Source of the DNA: Bacilli bacterium
Lineage (GTDB): Bacteria > Bacillota_I > Bacilli_A > RFN20 > CAG-826
Direction of reading: 5' to 3'
DNA: 64,000 bases
NCBI GenBank assembly: GCA_045597865.1
Contig: JAZLKX010000052.1
Span: 1 to 64,000, forward strand
Below, piece by piece: positions 55,147 through 64,000 of the stretch; the first letter of the stretch is position 1; each line of letters begins with the position of its first letter. The translations under genes and the position numbers were made by a program. Under the pieces are notes generated by a model, which worked only from the letters and a program-made list of their open reading frames with translations, did no database searches and had not been told where the DNA came from.

Positions 55147-56460
55147 ATGAAGACATCTGAACTTTTTGACAAAATCCGTACTACTGCTGGCGCTTCTGCA
55201 AAAGCCGCACTGATGCAGGCAAATATGACGCCTGTTATCACTGAAATCTTCAATGACTGTTATGACAATTCTCATAAGTATTACGTGAAGAAGTTTAACA
55301 TGCCTACTTCCGCCGGCAACTTGACTATTGAAAGCAATTATGATGCTTTCCATAACATGCTCAAATTGCTTGCTGACCGCCTGGCAACCGGTAATGACGC
55401 AGTTGTTATGGTTGAAAGCGTTATCGGAAGTTATGTTGCTGAAGATCAGCCGATCCTTGCCGCTATCATGGACCGTAATCTTAAGATCGGTTTGTCAAAG
55501 GAAACATTTGGAAAGCTCGCTGGTGCTTCTATGCCTGCTAAGTTTGAAGTTACCCTTGCAGTCAATCTTGACAATGCAAAGGGAGTTAACCCGATTGATG
55601 GAACTTTCTATGCCTCTCGTAAATGTGATGGGACGAGATGTATTGGCATGTGCCATAAGGAAAATGGCGAAGTGACCATCAAGTTTCTTTCCCGTGGCAA
55701 CAAGGAATTCACAACACTTGATAATGTTAAGCCAGCTTTGACTTGGTATCTTCGTGATCTTCCTGACGGTGATTATGTAACTGACGGTGAACTCTGTAAG
55801 GTTGATGAAAACGGAGACGAAGACTTCCAGGCTATTATGAAGGAAATTAAGCGAAAGGATTACACTATTGCCGATCCTTGCTATCAGATGTTTGACTTCT
55901 GCACTCTTGCTGAATTTGAAGGCAGGGCAACTTCTGAAAACTTTACCAGCCGTTATGCAGCAATGCAGAACATGATGAAGGGCAACAAGTTCAAGGAAAT
56001 CAAGTTGCTTAAACAGGAACTTATCAAATCTCAAGAAGACTTTGACCGTTGGTCCAAGTATGTTGAAGACGGCAACTGGGAAGGCTTCATGCTTCGTAAG
56101 GACATCCCGTTTGAAACGGGTCGCTCCAAGAATCTCTTGAAGGTAAAGAAGTTTGATGATACCGAGCTTGTTGTTAAACGAGTTGAAGTTGCAGAAATGA
56201 CAACAGCTGAACCTGGGAAAGGCAATGTAACTTACACCGGCATCAAGGCTCTTATTGTTGAATATAAGGGTAATGATGTTCATGTGGGTTCCGGCTTGAC
56301 AAAGGAACAGCGCATTGCTTGGTACGCAGATCCTAAGAAGATCATCGGAAAGACAATTTGTGTGAAGTACTTTGAGGAAAGCCGCAGCCAAAACGGAACT
56401 TATTCCTTGCGCTTCCCTATCCTCAAGTACGTTTATGAAAACGGCCGCGGAGATCTTTAA
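55147..56460 (+). CDS. lig: ATP-dependent DNA ligase (T4 gp30-like)
   Basis: KCDGTRC (KxDG), DGEL, WEGFMLR, LLKVK, VGSG, SLRFP. Confidence 0.93.
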   Translation: MKTSELFDKIRTTAGASAKAALMQANMTPVITEIFNDCYDNSHKYYVKKFNMPTSAGNLTIESNYDAFHNMLKLLADRLATGNDAVVMVESVIGSYVAEDQPILAAIMDRNLKIGLSKETFGKLAGASMPAKFEVTLAVNLDNAKGVNPIDGTFYASRKCDGTRCIGMCHKENGEVTIKFLSRGNKEFTTLDNVKPALTWYLRDLPDGDYVTDGELCKVDENGDEDFQAIMKEIKRKDYTIADPCYQMFDFCTLAEFEGRATSENFTSRYAAMQNMMKGNKFKEIKLLKQELIKSQEDFDRWSKYVEDGNWEGFMLRKDIPFETGRSKNLLKVKKFDDTELVVKRVEVAEMTTAEPGKGNVTYTGIKALIVEYKGNDVHVGSGLTKEQRIAWYADPKKIIGKTICVKYFEESRSQNGTYSLRFPILKYVYENGRGDL

Positions 56461-56850
56461 TGAAAGTAAAAAGTAAAGCGTTAAAAGAAGAACGCCTTTT
56501 TAACCTCCTTAACGGAAAACAAATTGGCGAACTTGCTGAAGCATGTCGTAAAAGCAAGACCTTCATAAAGAAGCGTTCATATAAGTGTGTACTTTCCTAT
56601 ATTGATGAATGCTTTTAACTATGTGGATGTGGGATATTGCGGTTGGACGGTATTCAGATACTGAAGGTGAAAAAATGATAAGGGTCTTGCAAAAGTATAA
56701 GCAGATGATAAACATCTATTTTACGGAGTAAAGATGAAACCTGAAACAAGACGCATGCTTAATGAATGAGGAATAATTTCTTCATATCAGTTTTTATCTC
56801 AAAATGTTGTTATATTTGACTAATAAATAAAACCAACAATATATTGAGAG

Positions 56851-57150
56851 GTGACTAATATGTCTGAATACGATTCCGCAAATTTTGATGCTATGAATTC
56901 TTCTGAGCTTATCGCTCACGGTATCCGTAAGATCAAGACCCGAGTAATTGAACGCTTTGAAAAAGCACAGAAGCGTCCTAATCCGCATAAGCTTCCATCT
57001 GACAAGCAGATGAAGGCAGCAAAGGATGTTGCTGAACTTGATGAGCTTTATAAGCAGGTTGTTGCTTATTGGCAGGAAGAAGCTTTTAAGATGGGTTATA
57101 CCCAGGCTCTCTCCGAAGTCAATAGCGATATTAAGAAGGCCGGCATTTAA
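56851..57150 (+). CDS. hypothetical protein
   Basis: GAGG SD, upstream TATATT, biased codons. Confidence 0.75.
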   Translation: MTNMSEYDSANFDAMNSSELIAHGIRKIKTRVIERFEKAQKRPNPHKLPSDKQMKAAKDVAELDELYKQVVAYWQEEAFKMGYTQALSEVNSDIKKAGI

Positions 57151-57241
57151 CACAATCTACAAAGATTAAGCAAATTTGCTGTAATAAATCCACCCATTTT
57201 AATGAAATTTGGGTGGTATTTTTAACTTAAAAGGAAGAAGT

Positions 57242-57463
57242 ATGCGAGATCCTGCTCGTTTGTTACCGCTTTATTCATATCTGGCGAAGATTCACGAAGA
57301 ACATTTCCCGGATCTTCGCATTGGACAGTTCCTCAAGAATGTTTCTGAATGGTATGGTGCAGACGTCTTCTATATAGAAGACGACAGACTTTATGAACTC
57401 ATCCCTCGGTATCTAAAGTCACTTGAGTTGCATGAAAAGTTTGCACAAGGCGCACGGAAATAA
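57242..57463 (+). CDS. small hypothetical protein (MRDPARL...PDLRIGQ...DVFYIED)
   Basis: AAGGA SD; motif pattern common in small phage proteins. Confidence 0.7.
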   Translation: MRDPARLLPLYSYLAKIHEEHFPDLRIGQFLKNVSEWYGADVFYIEDDRLYELIPRYLKSLELHEKFAQGARK

Positions 57464-57488
57464 AAACATTCATTTTCAAAATTGACTA

Positions 57489-57517
57489 TTTACAGGACGG
57501 GTAAATGTTTTTAAATT
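57489..57517 (+). promoter_or_regulatory. early promoter of pncB
   Basis: TTTACA-17-TAAATT followed by TTACTCGTAAACAA. Confidence 0.75.
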
Positions 57518-57548
57518 TTACTCGTAAACAAAAATAAAGGAAACAACT

Positions 57549-58799
57549 ATGGAAATTCTCACAAAAGAGTTCACCGAACATTATCCGCAGATTATCACCC
57601 ATCGTACTGACACTGACTTCTATAAGTACACGATGCAGTATGTGATTTGGCGTATGTGTCCGTCTATCAAGTCGCACTGGAAGTTCAAGGTTCGCTCTGC
57701 TCATGCAAAGACTGCATGGCTTACTGATGAAATCAATTATCAGCTTGACCGTGTAGCTGAACTGATGCACACCCAGGAAGAACTTGACTTCCTCGGCAAC
57801 ATTCCGTGGTTCACTCCTGAATTTATTGAACATCTTGAAGATCACCGCCTCAAGCGTAAGTATATCCGCTGCTGGGCGGATCTTGAAAAGGATGAAGTTT
57901 GTATTGAAGCAGAAGGTCCGGAATTGAATGTTCAGTGGTGGGAAATCTATGTTCTTGAAATCGTTCAGGAACTTTGGATGAGCAAGGCACCTCGTGATTA
58001 TGACTGGGCCGATAAGGAACTGACGAAGACCATTGAAACTTACAATGCTCTTTATGAAAAGAAGCCTTTCACCCTTGCAGATTTTGGCTGCCGTCGCCGT
58101 GACTCTAAGAATTGGCAAGCACATGTGATTGAACGCTTGATGCGTGAATGCAAGGCTTTCGTTGGAACCTCCAATGTTTACTTCGCAATGAAGTACGGTA
58201 TCAAGCCGATTGGTACTTATGCACATCAGATGGAAGCTCTTACCCAGGGACTTGATGACGTGCCTTTGGCAAAGTCTCAGGAAACTGTTTGGGAATGGTG
58301 GACAAAGGTCTATCGCGGAAACTTGGGTATTGCTTTGTCTGACAACTTTGGCTTCAAGGCATTCCTCCGCAACTTTGACCTTTACTACAAGAAGTTGTTT
58401 GACGGTTGCCGTCACGACTCTGGTAACCCGTTCACTTGGGGCGACATGCTTATTGACGCCTATAAGGCAGATAAGATTGACCCGCTGACAAAGACAGGTG
58501 TCTGGTCCGACGGCCTTGACCGTAATGATGTGGTTAAGATTGTTGACTACTTCTATGGCCGCATTAAGGTTTCCATTGGCCAGGGCGGCTACTTGATGTC
58601 CAGAACTATTCCGCCTACTTACGAAGTTCAGCCGCTTAAGATGGTTATGAAGGTGATTGAAGTAAACGGTAAGCCGGTTGTCAAGCTTTCCGATGAACCG
58701 GGCAAGACGATGTGCGAAGATCAGTCCTTCGTTGATTACGCAAAGAAGGTCTATAAGTATGAACCGTTGACCGTAGAACACTACGACCACGAGATTTAA
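57549..58799 (+). CDS. pncB: nicotinate phosphoribosyltransferase
   Basis: DTDFYKYTM, ADFGCRRR, GTSNV, PIGTYAH, RHDSG, SDGL, VKLSDEPGK. Confidence 0.92.
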   Translation: MEILTKEFTEHYPQIITHRTDTDFYKYTMQYVIWRMCPSIKSHWKFKVRSAHAKTAWLTDEINYQLDRVAELMHTQEELDFLGNIPWFTPEFIEHLEDHRLKRKYIRCWADLEKDEVCIEAEGPELNVQWWEIYVLEIVQELWMSKAPRDYDWADKELTKTIETYNALYEKKPFTLADFGCRRRDSKNWQAHVIERLMRECKAFVGTSNVYFAMKYGIKPIGTYAHQMEALTQGLDDVPLAKSQETVWEWWTKVYRGNLGIALSDNFGFKAFLRNFDLYYKKLFDGCRHDSGNPFTWGDMLIDAYKADKIDPLTKTGVWSDGLDRNDVVKIVDYFYGRIKVSIGQGGYLMSRTIPPTYEVQPLKMVMKVIEVNGKPVVKLSDEPGKTMCEDQSFVDYAKKVYKYEPLTVEHYDHEI

Positions 58800-58811
58800 A
58801 CTGGAGTCTCT

Positions 58812-59030
58812 ATGAAACATTTGAAAGTATTGTGCCTATACTTCTTCATCTGTGCTTTAAATGCAGCGATGAGCGTAGCAACGGTGCCAGCATGGGCAAT
58901 GCTAATTTTATCAGCGTTGTTCTACTGTACTATATGGGATCTATGCTCATATATGTTTACTGGCACTATGTGTTGGTATGATTTTGTGAAACAGATTGTC
59001 AAAAAGTTAAAACCCAAGGAGAAACCATGA
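58812..59030 (+). CDS. small membrane protein
   Basis: Two hydrophobic segments; GGAG SD. Confidence 0.65.
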   Translation: MKHLKVLCLYFFICALNAAMSVATVPAWAMLILSALFYCTIWDLCSYMFTGTMCWYDFVKQIVKKLKPKEKP

Positions 59031-59135
59031 TTGACGAAAACCTTCATCCTAGCTATGCTTTAAAGCGACGGATTAAAGAACATACTGACAAGGATTTGGT
59101 TGACTTCTAATCAGTGGATTAAATCATTTTAAATT

Positions 59136-59177
59136 TGGGTGGGCACTATTTACAGCCTACCCATTCTTTTTTATATT
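59136..59177 (+). promoter_or_regulatory. overlapping terminator hairpin and early promoter
   Basis: TGGGTGGGC/GCCTACCCA stem with TTTACA in the loop; the T-run leads into TATATT. Confidence 0.75.
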
Positions 59178-59218
59178 TTACTCGTAATCAAAAACAATAA
59201 CTAAAAGGAAACTTAAAT

Positions 59219-60451
59219 ATGTACGGTAAACCACTTGCTTATGTTGTTAAGATTGACGAAGTGACCCCTATCGCAGGCGCTGACCGCATTGAACTTGCGA
59301 AGGTTATGGACTATACAGTCGTTGTTAAGAAGGGAGAATTTCAGCCCGGCGACCGTGCTATGTATGTGGAAGTTGACTCTTTGCTTCCTGATGGATTTAC
59401 GCCTGAACAGAAGGTTACCTATGACGCTATCGTGGACGGCTCTTACTTCAAGGGTGCTCAGGTAAGCGTTGAAGAAGCAGATGAAGCTATGAAGAAGCTT
59501 CAGTCCGAGTCCAAGTATCCTTACTTTGAGTTCCTTCGTCCGAAGAAATTCAAGATTAAATCAATGAAGCTCGGTAAGTTCGGCGTCATTTCTCAAGGCA
59601 TTCTGTTTGATCTTAAGCTGCTTGGCGAACCGACTGATTTGAAGGTTGGAACTGATTTGACGCTTAAGTACAATGTGACTGAAATCGTTCTTGATGAAGA
59701 AGAAGCTGGTCTCAATGCAGTTGTTGATACATCAAAGGACGGCTGGTTCACAAAGAAACTGATGCGTTATGCTTGGTTCCGTGACTGGCGTAAGCAGCGC
59801 GGAACTTACAATAAGTGGCTTGCTGAATGGCCTTCAAAATCTGACGAAGAAAACGTTCAGAAGATTTTCACTAAGATGAAGGCTAAGTACGGCGATAAAG
59901 AATGGGTTGCTACTGAAAAGCTTGAAGGCCAGAACATCACCATTTACTCTTACGAAACCCGCGGTTTCTTTGGTAAGAAGAAAAAGATCGGCGTATGTTC
60001 AAGAACCCGTAGCCTGTCTCCTGTAGACAACTCTGGTAAGTCTTTCTGGGGTACTGTCAAGCGTATGCACCTTGATGAAAAGATCAAGGCTATCCCAGGT
60101 GAATGGTTCTGCCGTGGTGAACATGTCGGTCCTGGCATTCAGAAAAACATCTACAAGCTTGCTCGTACGGAAGTTTACTTCTTTGACTTCTACCGCAAGG
60201 TTGATGGAAAGTTTGTTAAGTTGAACTTTGAAGAATCAGTACAGTTTGCGAAAACTTATGATCTTCCGTTTGTTCCAGTGCTTGATGAACATTATAAATT
60301 ACCAGAGACTGCTCAGGAAATGCTTGCTCAGTCTGATAAAAACACTGTGTTTGGCAATGACTTGAAACACAAACGTGAAGGATTTGTTCTTCGCCTTAAA
60401 GATGACTACACCGTTTCCTTCAAGGTAAAAAATCCGTTCTACACAATTTAA
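59219..60451 (+). CDS. RNA ligase (Rnl2/DRB0094-like)
   Basis: PIAGADRIELA..VVVKKGEF..YVEVDSLLP; TEKLEGQN (motif I), VCSR, RGEHVGPGIQKN, FFDF, REGFV, SFKVKN. Confidence 0.88.
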   Translation: MYGKPLAYVVKIDEVTPIAGADRIELAKVMDYTVVVKKGEFQPGDRAMYVEVDSLLPDGFTPEQKVTYDAIVDGSYFKGAQVSVEEADEAMKKLQSESKYPYFEFLRPKKFKIKSMKLGKFGVISQGILFDLKLLGEPTDLKVGTDLTLKYNVTEIVLDEEEAGLNAVVDTSKDGWFTKKLMRYAWFRDWRKQRGTYNKWLAEWPSKSDEENVQKIFTKMKAKYGDKEWVATEKLEGQNITIYSYETRGFFGKKKKIGVCSRTRSLSPVDNSGKSFWGTVKRMHLDEKIKAIPGEWFCRGEHVGPGIQKNIYKLARTEVYFFDFYRKVDGKFVKLNFEESVQFAKTYDLPFVPVLDEHYKLPETAQEMLAQSDKNTVFGNDLKHKREGFVLRLKDDYTVSFKVKNPFYTI

Positions 60452-60464
60452 GATACGGTAATGT

Positions 60465-60665
60465 ATGACTATTGCTAAAGCTGAAGAAGACTATATCAGG
60501 GGAATGATGTATGCACGCGAACGGATGGTCCGTGAGTTGTTAGTACACTATGACAGTAATCTTTCACCACATCAGCGTGCAGTATTACGCGACTTTCTTG
60601 GTTTAGAAGAAAACAGTTCACAACAGCCGCGTCTTCCTGATAAAGACGCACCTAATTACATCTAA
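60465..60665 (+). CDS. small hypothetical protein
   Basis: ORF in an operon. Confidence 0.6.
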   Translation: MTIAKAEEDYIRGMMYARERMVRELLVHYDSNLSPHQRAVLRDFLGLEENSSQQPRLPDKDAPNYI

Positions 60666-60677
60666 GGAGAAACAAAT

Positions 60678-60917
60678 ATGCTTAAGAAGCTAATCCGCAA
60701 CATGCTTGTGGCCAAAGCCGAAGTAGAATTTGTGAAAACCGTCATTGATGATGGTAACGAAAATGTTGAGCTAATCAATGAAGCAGACGAAGAATTTGAT
60801 GCCATGACTGACATCGCTTATGCTTGGTTCATTGAAGAATTAAAGACCGCTGCCATTACTTTGGGCGTTGCTGTTGTCATCTGTGCAGTTATTGTGGGGG
60901 TTGCAGCATGTATATAA
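60678..60917 (+). CDS. small protein with a C-terminal transmembrane helix
   Basis: AAGGAG SD; AAITLGVAVVICAVIVGVAACI. Confidence 0.7.
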   Translation: MLKKLIRNMLVAKAEVEFVKTVIDDGNENVELINEADEEFDAMTDIAYAWFIEELKTAAITLGVAVVICAVIVGVAACI

Positions 60918-61276
60918 TTGAACGCCTAAAGCAAGATTATCCGCAGTTTAGAAAGGAACTTGAACAGTATGATCAGTACCTTTTGAGAACCCACGGCAAA
61001 GAGTATAATGCGCATCGCATCTTTGATGATCAGAAGGAAAACTTCAAATTCGTCCAAGCTGCCTATGATTCGTTAGCCAAGACCGGTAGTCACGGTAAAG
61101 AGTTCAATAAACAAATGTCAATGTATGAACAAAGTTTGAATGATGACAAAGACTTTTTGGCATACTTCGTTCATCAGTTCTATGACATTGACGGAAGGAA
61201 CATGACGGTTCCTGAGCTTAAAGAAATCATTCAGGAAAAGTTCAAGCAGATTGATAAACTTCGTGTTGGAGGCTAA
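60908..61276 (+). CDS. hypothetical protein
   Basis: 122 aa, coupled to the next gene. Confidence 0.7.
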   Translation: MYIIERLKQDYPQFRKELEQYDQYLLRTHGKEYNAHRIFDDQKENFKFVQAAYDSLAKTGSHGKEFNKQMSMYEQSLNDDKDFLAYFVHQFYDIDGRNMTVPELKEIIQEKFKQIDKLRVGG

Positions 61277-62362
61277 ATGAAATACATTTACGGAACAGCA
61301 GCAGATCCTATTACAAAGGCACATCTTGCCATTTTGAAGGCTATTGCCAAGCACATGACGGCTGACGATGAACTTATCATTACTATTTCTAATAATGACG
61401 AAAAAGAGTACAAAGCTACATATGAACAGCGCGAAATGCTTGTTGCGAATGCAGTAAAGCCTTACACAAAGTTTGGACCTGTGACGATTATGGAACAGAA
61501 GCACCGTATGCGTTACTTCCTTGATACACAGTTTAAGGGCCTTGAAAACGAAATTACTTTGGTTGTAGGCCAAGACGAATGGGAAGCGTTACTTGACGGC
61601 AAGTGGGTCAATGGAGATCAGCTTCTTAAGAAATATCGTTTCATTGTCGCTAAGCGTGATTATGATTTGTGCGAAGAAACACAGAAAGAAGTCATGGTCC
61701 CGGAGGGCCTTGCTGAGAAAGTTCATGTAATTACTGCTAAGGGTGCTGCTTGTGTTTCTTCTTCTAAGGTTCGTTGGAAGTTCTACATTGACCCAGAAAC
61801 AAAGTACCGTGATGTTCAGGATTTTATCACTTTGGGTGTGTTCAAGGACATTAAGGAATATGGCTTGTATAATCAATTAGGCGAAAAGCACGCCGCTGAA
61901 ATGGAAGCTTTTCTTGCCGATTACGCGAAAAAAAAGGTGGAAAATCATTGGGGTGAACCTTCTGTCACAACCGATGTTATTGCATATAACGGTTCTGAAA
62001 TTCTTCTTATCAGACGAAAGAAAGATCCGTATAAAAACTATTGGGCACTTCCCGGCGGATTCTTTGAGAAGACTGACCAAGATTTAAATTACGGCGCAGC
62101 CCGTGAATTTAAAGAAGAAACCACTTTAGATTATCCGCCTGAAGCATTCCAGCAGATTAGAGCTTACGGACATAACTTTGACCCACGAATGAAGATCTGT
62201 GATGTTGCTTTTGCCGTTCGTATTCATCGAGACGATATGAAGAAAGCAGTCGGCGCGGATGACGCCGCGGAAGCACGGTGGTTTGACATTAATGATCTTC
62301 CTGCATTGGCATTCCATCATGCCAACATTATAAATGATTGGATGGAATCTACTTTAACATAA
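61277..62362 (+). CDS. NaMN/NMN adenylyltransferase (NadD-like) fused to a Nudix ADP-ribose pyrophosphatase-like domain
   Basis: YGTAADPITKAH (HIGH-like), LVVGQD, VSSSKVR..I..YGLY; then PSVTTD, WALPGGF, AAREFKEET, DPR, ADDAAEARWF, LAFHH. Confidence 0.88.
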   Translation: MKYIYGTAADPITKAHLAILKAIAKHMTADDELIITISNNDEKEYKATYEQREMLVANAVKPYTKFGPVTIMEQKHRMRYFLDTQFKGLENEITLVVGQDEWEALLDGKWVNGDQLLKKYRFIVAKRDYDLCEETQKEVMVPEGLAEKVHVITAKGAACVSSSKVRWKFYIDPETKYRDVQDFITLGVFKDIKEYGLYNQLGEKHAAEMEAFLADYAKKKVENHWGEPSVTTDVIAYNGSEILLIRRKKDPYKNYWALPGGFFEKTDQDLNYGAAREFKEETTLDYPPEAFQQIRAYGHNFDPRMKICDVAFAVRIHRDDMKKAVGADDAAEARWFDINDLPALAFHHANIINDWMESTLT

Positions 62363-62381
62363 CTTTCCCGGAAAATATCTT

Positions 62382-62431
62382 AATTCCCTCGCTGTTTTAC
62401 CATTTACAGCGAGGGAATTCTTTTTTATATT
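62382..62431 (+). promoter_or_regulatory. overlapping terminator hairpin and early promoter
   Basis: 14-bp AATTCCCTCGCTGT/ACAGCGAGGGAATT stem; TTTACA at 62403, TATATT at 62426. Confidence 0.78.
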
Positions 62432-62610
62432 TTACTCGTAATCAAAAACAACAACTAATCTGGAAGGTTACTGAATGAAAAACATCAAGGTTGAACTGAA
62501 ACATGGCCTCTTTGAGGTTACTTATTCTGAAGCCGGCCAGGTGAAACATTTCACAACAAAAACCATACAAGAAGCTTTTATTGAGCTTCTAAACTTAGAG
62601 GAGAAATCTA

Positions 62611-62814
62611 ATGTTTAAGATTAAACTCGCAGCTGGCGCCAGCGTCGTTGCCATCATTCTGACCGTTATTTTCTGCCTTTGCTTGCAGGTCGCTATTATC
62701 AGCGGCGCAACTTGGCTTTGCTGCTACCTTCTTGGCCATGCATTCACATGGCAGCTTGCAGCAGTAGCAAACATCATTTATCTGATCCTTCCTAAGGGAA
62801 ACTCCTCTAAGTAA
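62611..62814 (+). CDS. small membrane protein
   Basis: GAGGAG SD; two hydrophobic helices. Confidence 0.7.
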   Translation: MFKIKLAAGASVVAIILTVIFCLCLQVAIISGATWLCCYLLGHAFTWQLAAVANIIYLILPKGNSSK

Positions 62815-62835
62815 TCAAAAAAGGAAAATCAAAAT

Positions 62836-63417
62836 ATGGCTAAGAAACTTCTCATTGTCATTGACGCTCAGGTGGATTTTATTGACGGTGCTCTTGCCAA
62901 TCCGATGGCTCAGGCAGCAGTACCGGCACTTGTTGAACTGATTAAGAATCACGAAGGTGATGTAATCGCCACCCACGATACACACTTTAATGAAGTTCAG
63001 TGTTCCGCTGCATGGCCGCCTATCAATGGCGCTCAGGCTTATGAAAAGACCCTTGAAGGCCAGAAATTGCCAGTTCCACACTGCATCAAGTTGTCTGAAG
63101 GCTGGGAACTGAATAAGGAAGTTCGTGAAGCTTGTACCGCAAAGGACAATGAACCGCCTAAGAATTTCTTCTGCATTGACAAGTACACCTTCGGCTGGGA
63201 CGGCTGGGAAAAGTACCTCAAGGCATTCCGTTTTGACGAAATTGTTCTTGCTGGTTTCTGCACCGACATCTGCGTTGTTTCCAATGCGCTGATTCTTCGT
63301 TCTATCTTCCCTAACATGAAGATCACTGTTGTGGAAAAGGCTTGTGCAGGCGTCACTAAGGAATCTCATGACGCTGCTATCTTGACCATGAAGATGTGCC
63401 AGATTGATGTGGAGTAA
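62836..63417 (+). CDS. pncA: nicotinamidase (isochorismatase family)
   Basis: LIVIDAQVDF, DTH, PVPHC, DKYTFG, GFCTDICV; NAD-salvage context. Confidence 0.88.
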   Translation: MAKKLLIVIDAQVDFIDGALANPMAQAAVPALVELIKNHEGDVIATHDTHFNEVQCSAAWPPINGAQAYEKTLEGQKLPVPHCIKLSEGWELNKEVREACTAKDNEPPKNFFCIDKYTFGWDGWEKYLKAFRFDEIVLAGFCTDICVVSNALILRSIFPNMKITVVEKACAGVTKESHDAAILTMKMCQIDVE

Positions 63418-63493
63418 CAAAATGAACGAAAACATCCCAAGATCTGGACAGTTTATCGGCGGACCTGTAAAGCTCTAAAAAGGAAAATTGAAT

Positions 63494-64000
63494 ATGATGA
63501 AACTTACACAAGATTGTGTTGAATGGATTAAGTCCCTCGGAATTAAGCAGGCCGTGATTGGCATTTCCGGCGGTAAGGATTCCTCTGTCTGCGCTGCACT
63601 TTGCGTCGCAGCACTTGGCAAGGAAAACGTTTTGGGCGTTATGATGCCTAACGGCGTTCAGAAGGATATTGCGGATTCTCAAAAGCTCTGTGCCCACCTT
63701 GGCATCAAGAACATGACAGTTAACATCGGCGGTGCCTTTGACGCATTGCTTAATGCAATAGCTCCGCGTGATGAAATTTCCTATGATACCATCACAAACT
63801 TGCCGGCACGCTTGCGTATGTCTACATTATACGCCGTTGCACAAACATACGGCGGCTGGGTTGCTAATACATGTAATCTTTCCGAAGATACCGTTGGGTA
63901 TGCAACTTTGTACGGTGACTCCGCTGGATCTTTTGCTCCGTTGTCCAAATTGACAACTGAAGAAATCATGGAAATTGGCGATGATCTTGGCTTGCCAACT
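63494..64000 (+). CDS. nadE: NAD+ synthetase, NH3-dependent (truncated by the window end)
   Basis: AVIGISGGKDSSV, VLGVMMP, NLPARLRM, NTCNLSE..VGYATLYGDSAG..PL; absent from the ORF track because no stop lies in the window. Confidence 0.92.
   Translation, partial: MMKLTQDCVEWIKSLGIKQAVIGISGGKDSSVCAALCVAALGKENVLGVMMPNGVQKDIADSQKLCAHLGIKNMTVNIGGAFDALLNAIAPRDEISYDTITNLPARLRMSTLYAVAQTYGGWVANTCNLSEDTVGYATLYGDSAGSFAPLSKLTTEEIMEIGDDLGLPT

Noticed and set aside
56460-56800. Short ORFs after the DNA ligase
   Set aside because: They are under 60 aa with no recognisable motif, so I cannot support a call.
57549-58799. Nampt/NadV (NARP2) assignment
   Set aside because: The motifs (DFGxRRR, GTSNV, GTxAH, RHDSG) and the presence of pncA and nadE fit nicotinate PRTase better.
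5406-63435. Long antisense ORFs (5406-6083, 7298-8254, 55495-56391, 57486-58820, 62815-63435)
   Set aside because: These are shadows of strongly biased sense genes that avoid TTA/CTA/TCA codons; the sense strand carries the motifs, SDs and promoters.

Overview
This 64-kb window is part of a large T4-like (myovirus/jumbo) phage genome. It carries T4-type late promoters (TATAAATA), sigma70-type early promoters (TTGACA/TTTACA-N17-TATATT), and homologues of gp46/gp47, UvsW/UvsY, gp14, DNA ligase and a beta-glucosyltransferase. Layout: (1) 0.3-3.3 kb, an array of 20 canonical tRNAs plus several non-canonical structured RNAs; (2) 3.4-9.5 kb, small early genes behind repeated promoter cassettes; (3) 9.5-10.3 kb, a repeat-containing non-coding gap (possible origin); (4) 10.3-18.1 kb, a tandem array of apparently paralogous unknown proteins; (5) a BGT-like glycosyltransferase; (6) 20-34 kb, late tail-fibre/appendage genes; (7) 34-41.5 kb, a minus-strand block with two TupA-like ATP-grasp ligases, a glycosyltransferase, gp47, a kinase, gp46 and uvsY; (8) uvsW fractured by a split intein with an intervening endonuclease; (9) structural genes ending in gp14; (10) early genes including DNA ligase, RNA ligase and a pncA-pncB-nadD/Nudix-nadE NAD+ salvage set. 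The most striking unexplained structure lies inside the tRNA array. A 30-codon leader peptide has its stop codon inside an antiterminator that competes with an intrinsic terminator, and its codons match almost one-for-one the tRNAs encoded downstream: a candidate tRNA-pool-sensing attenuator. The array also holds a three-member RNA family with a covarying terminal stem, one member of which encloses a circularly permuted tRNA-Ile. All protein calls come from motif recognition by eye; no database searches or folding programs were run.
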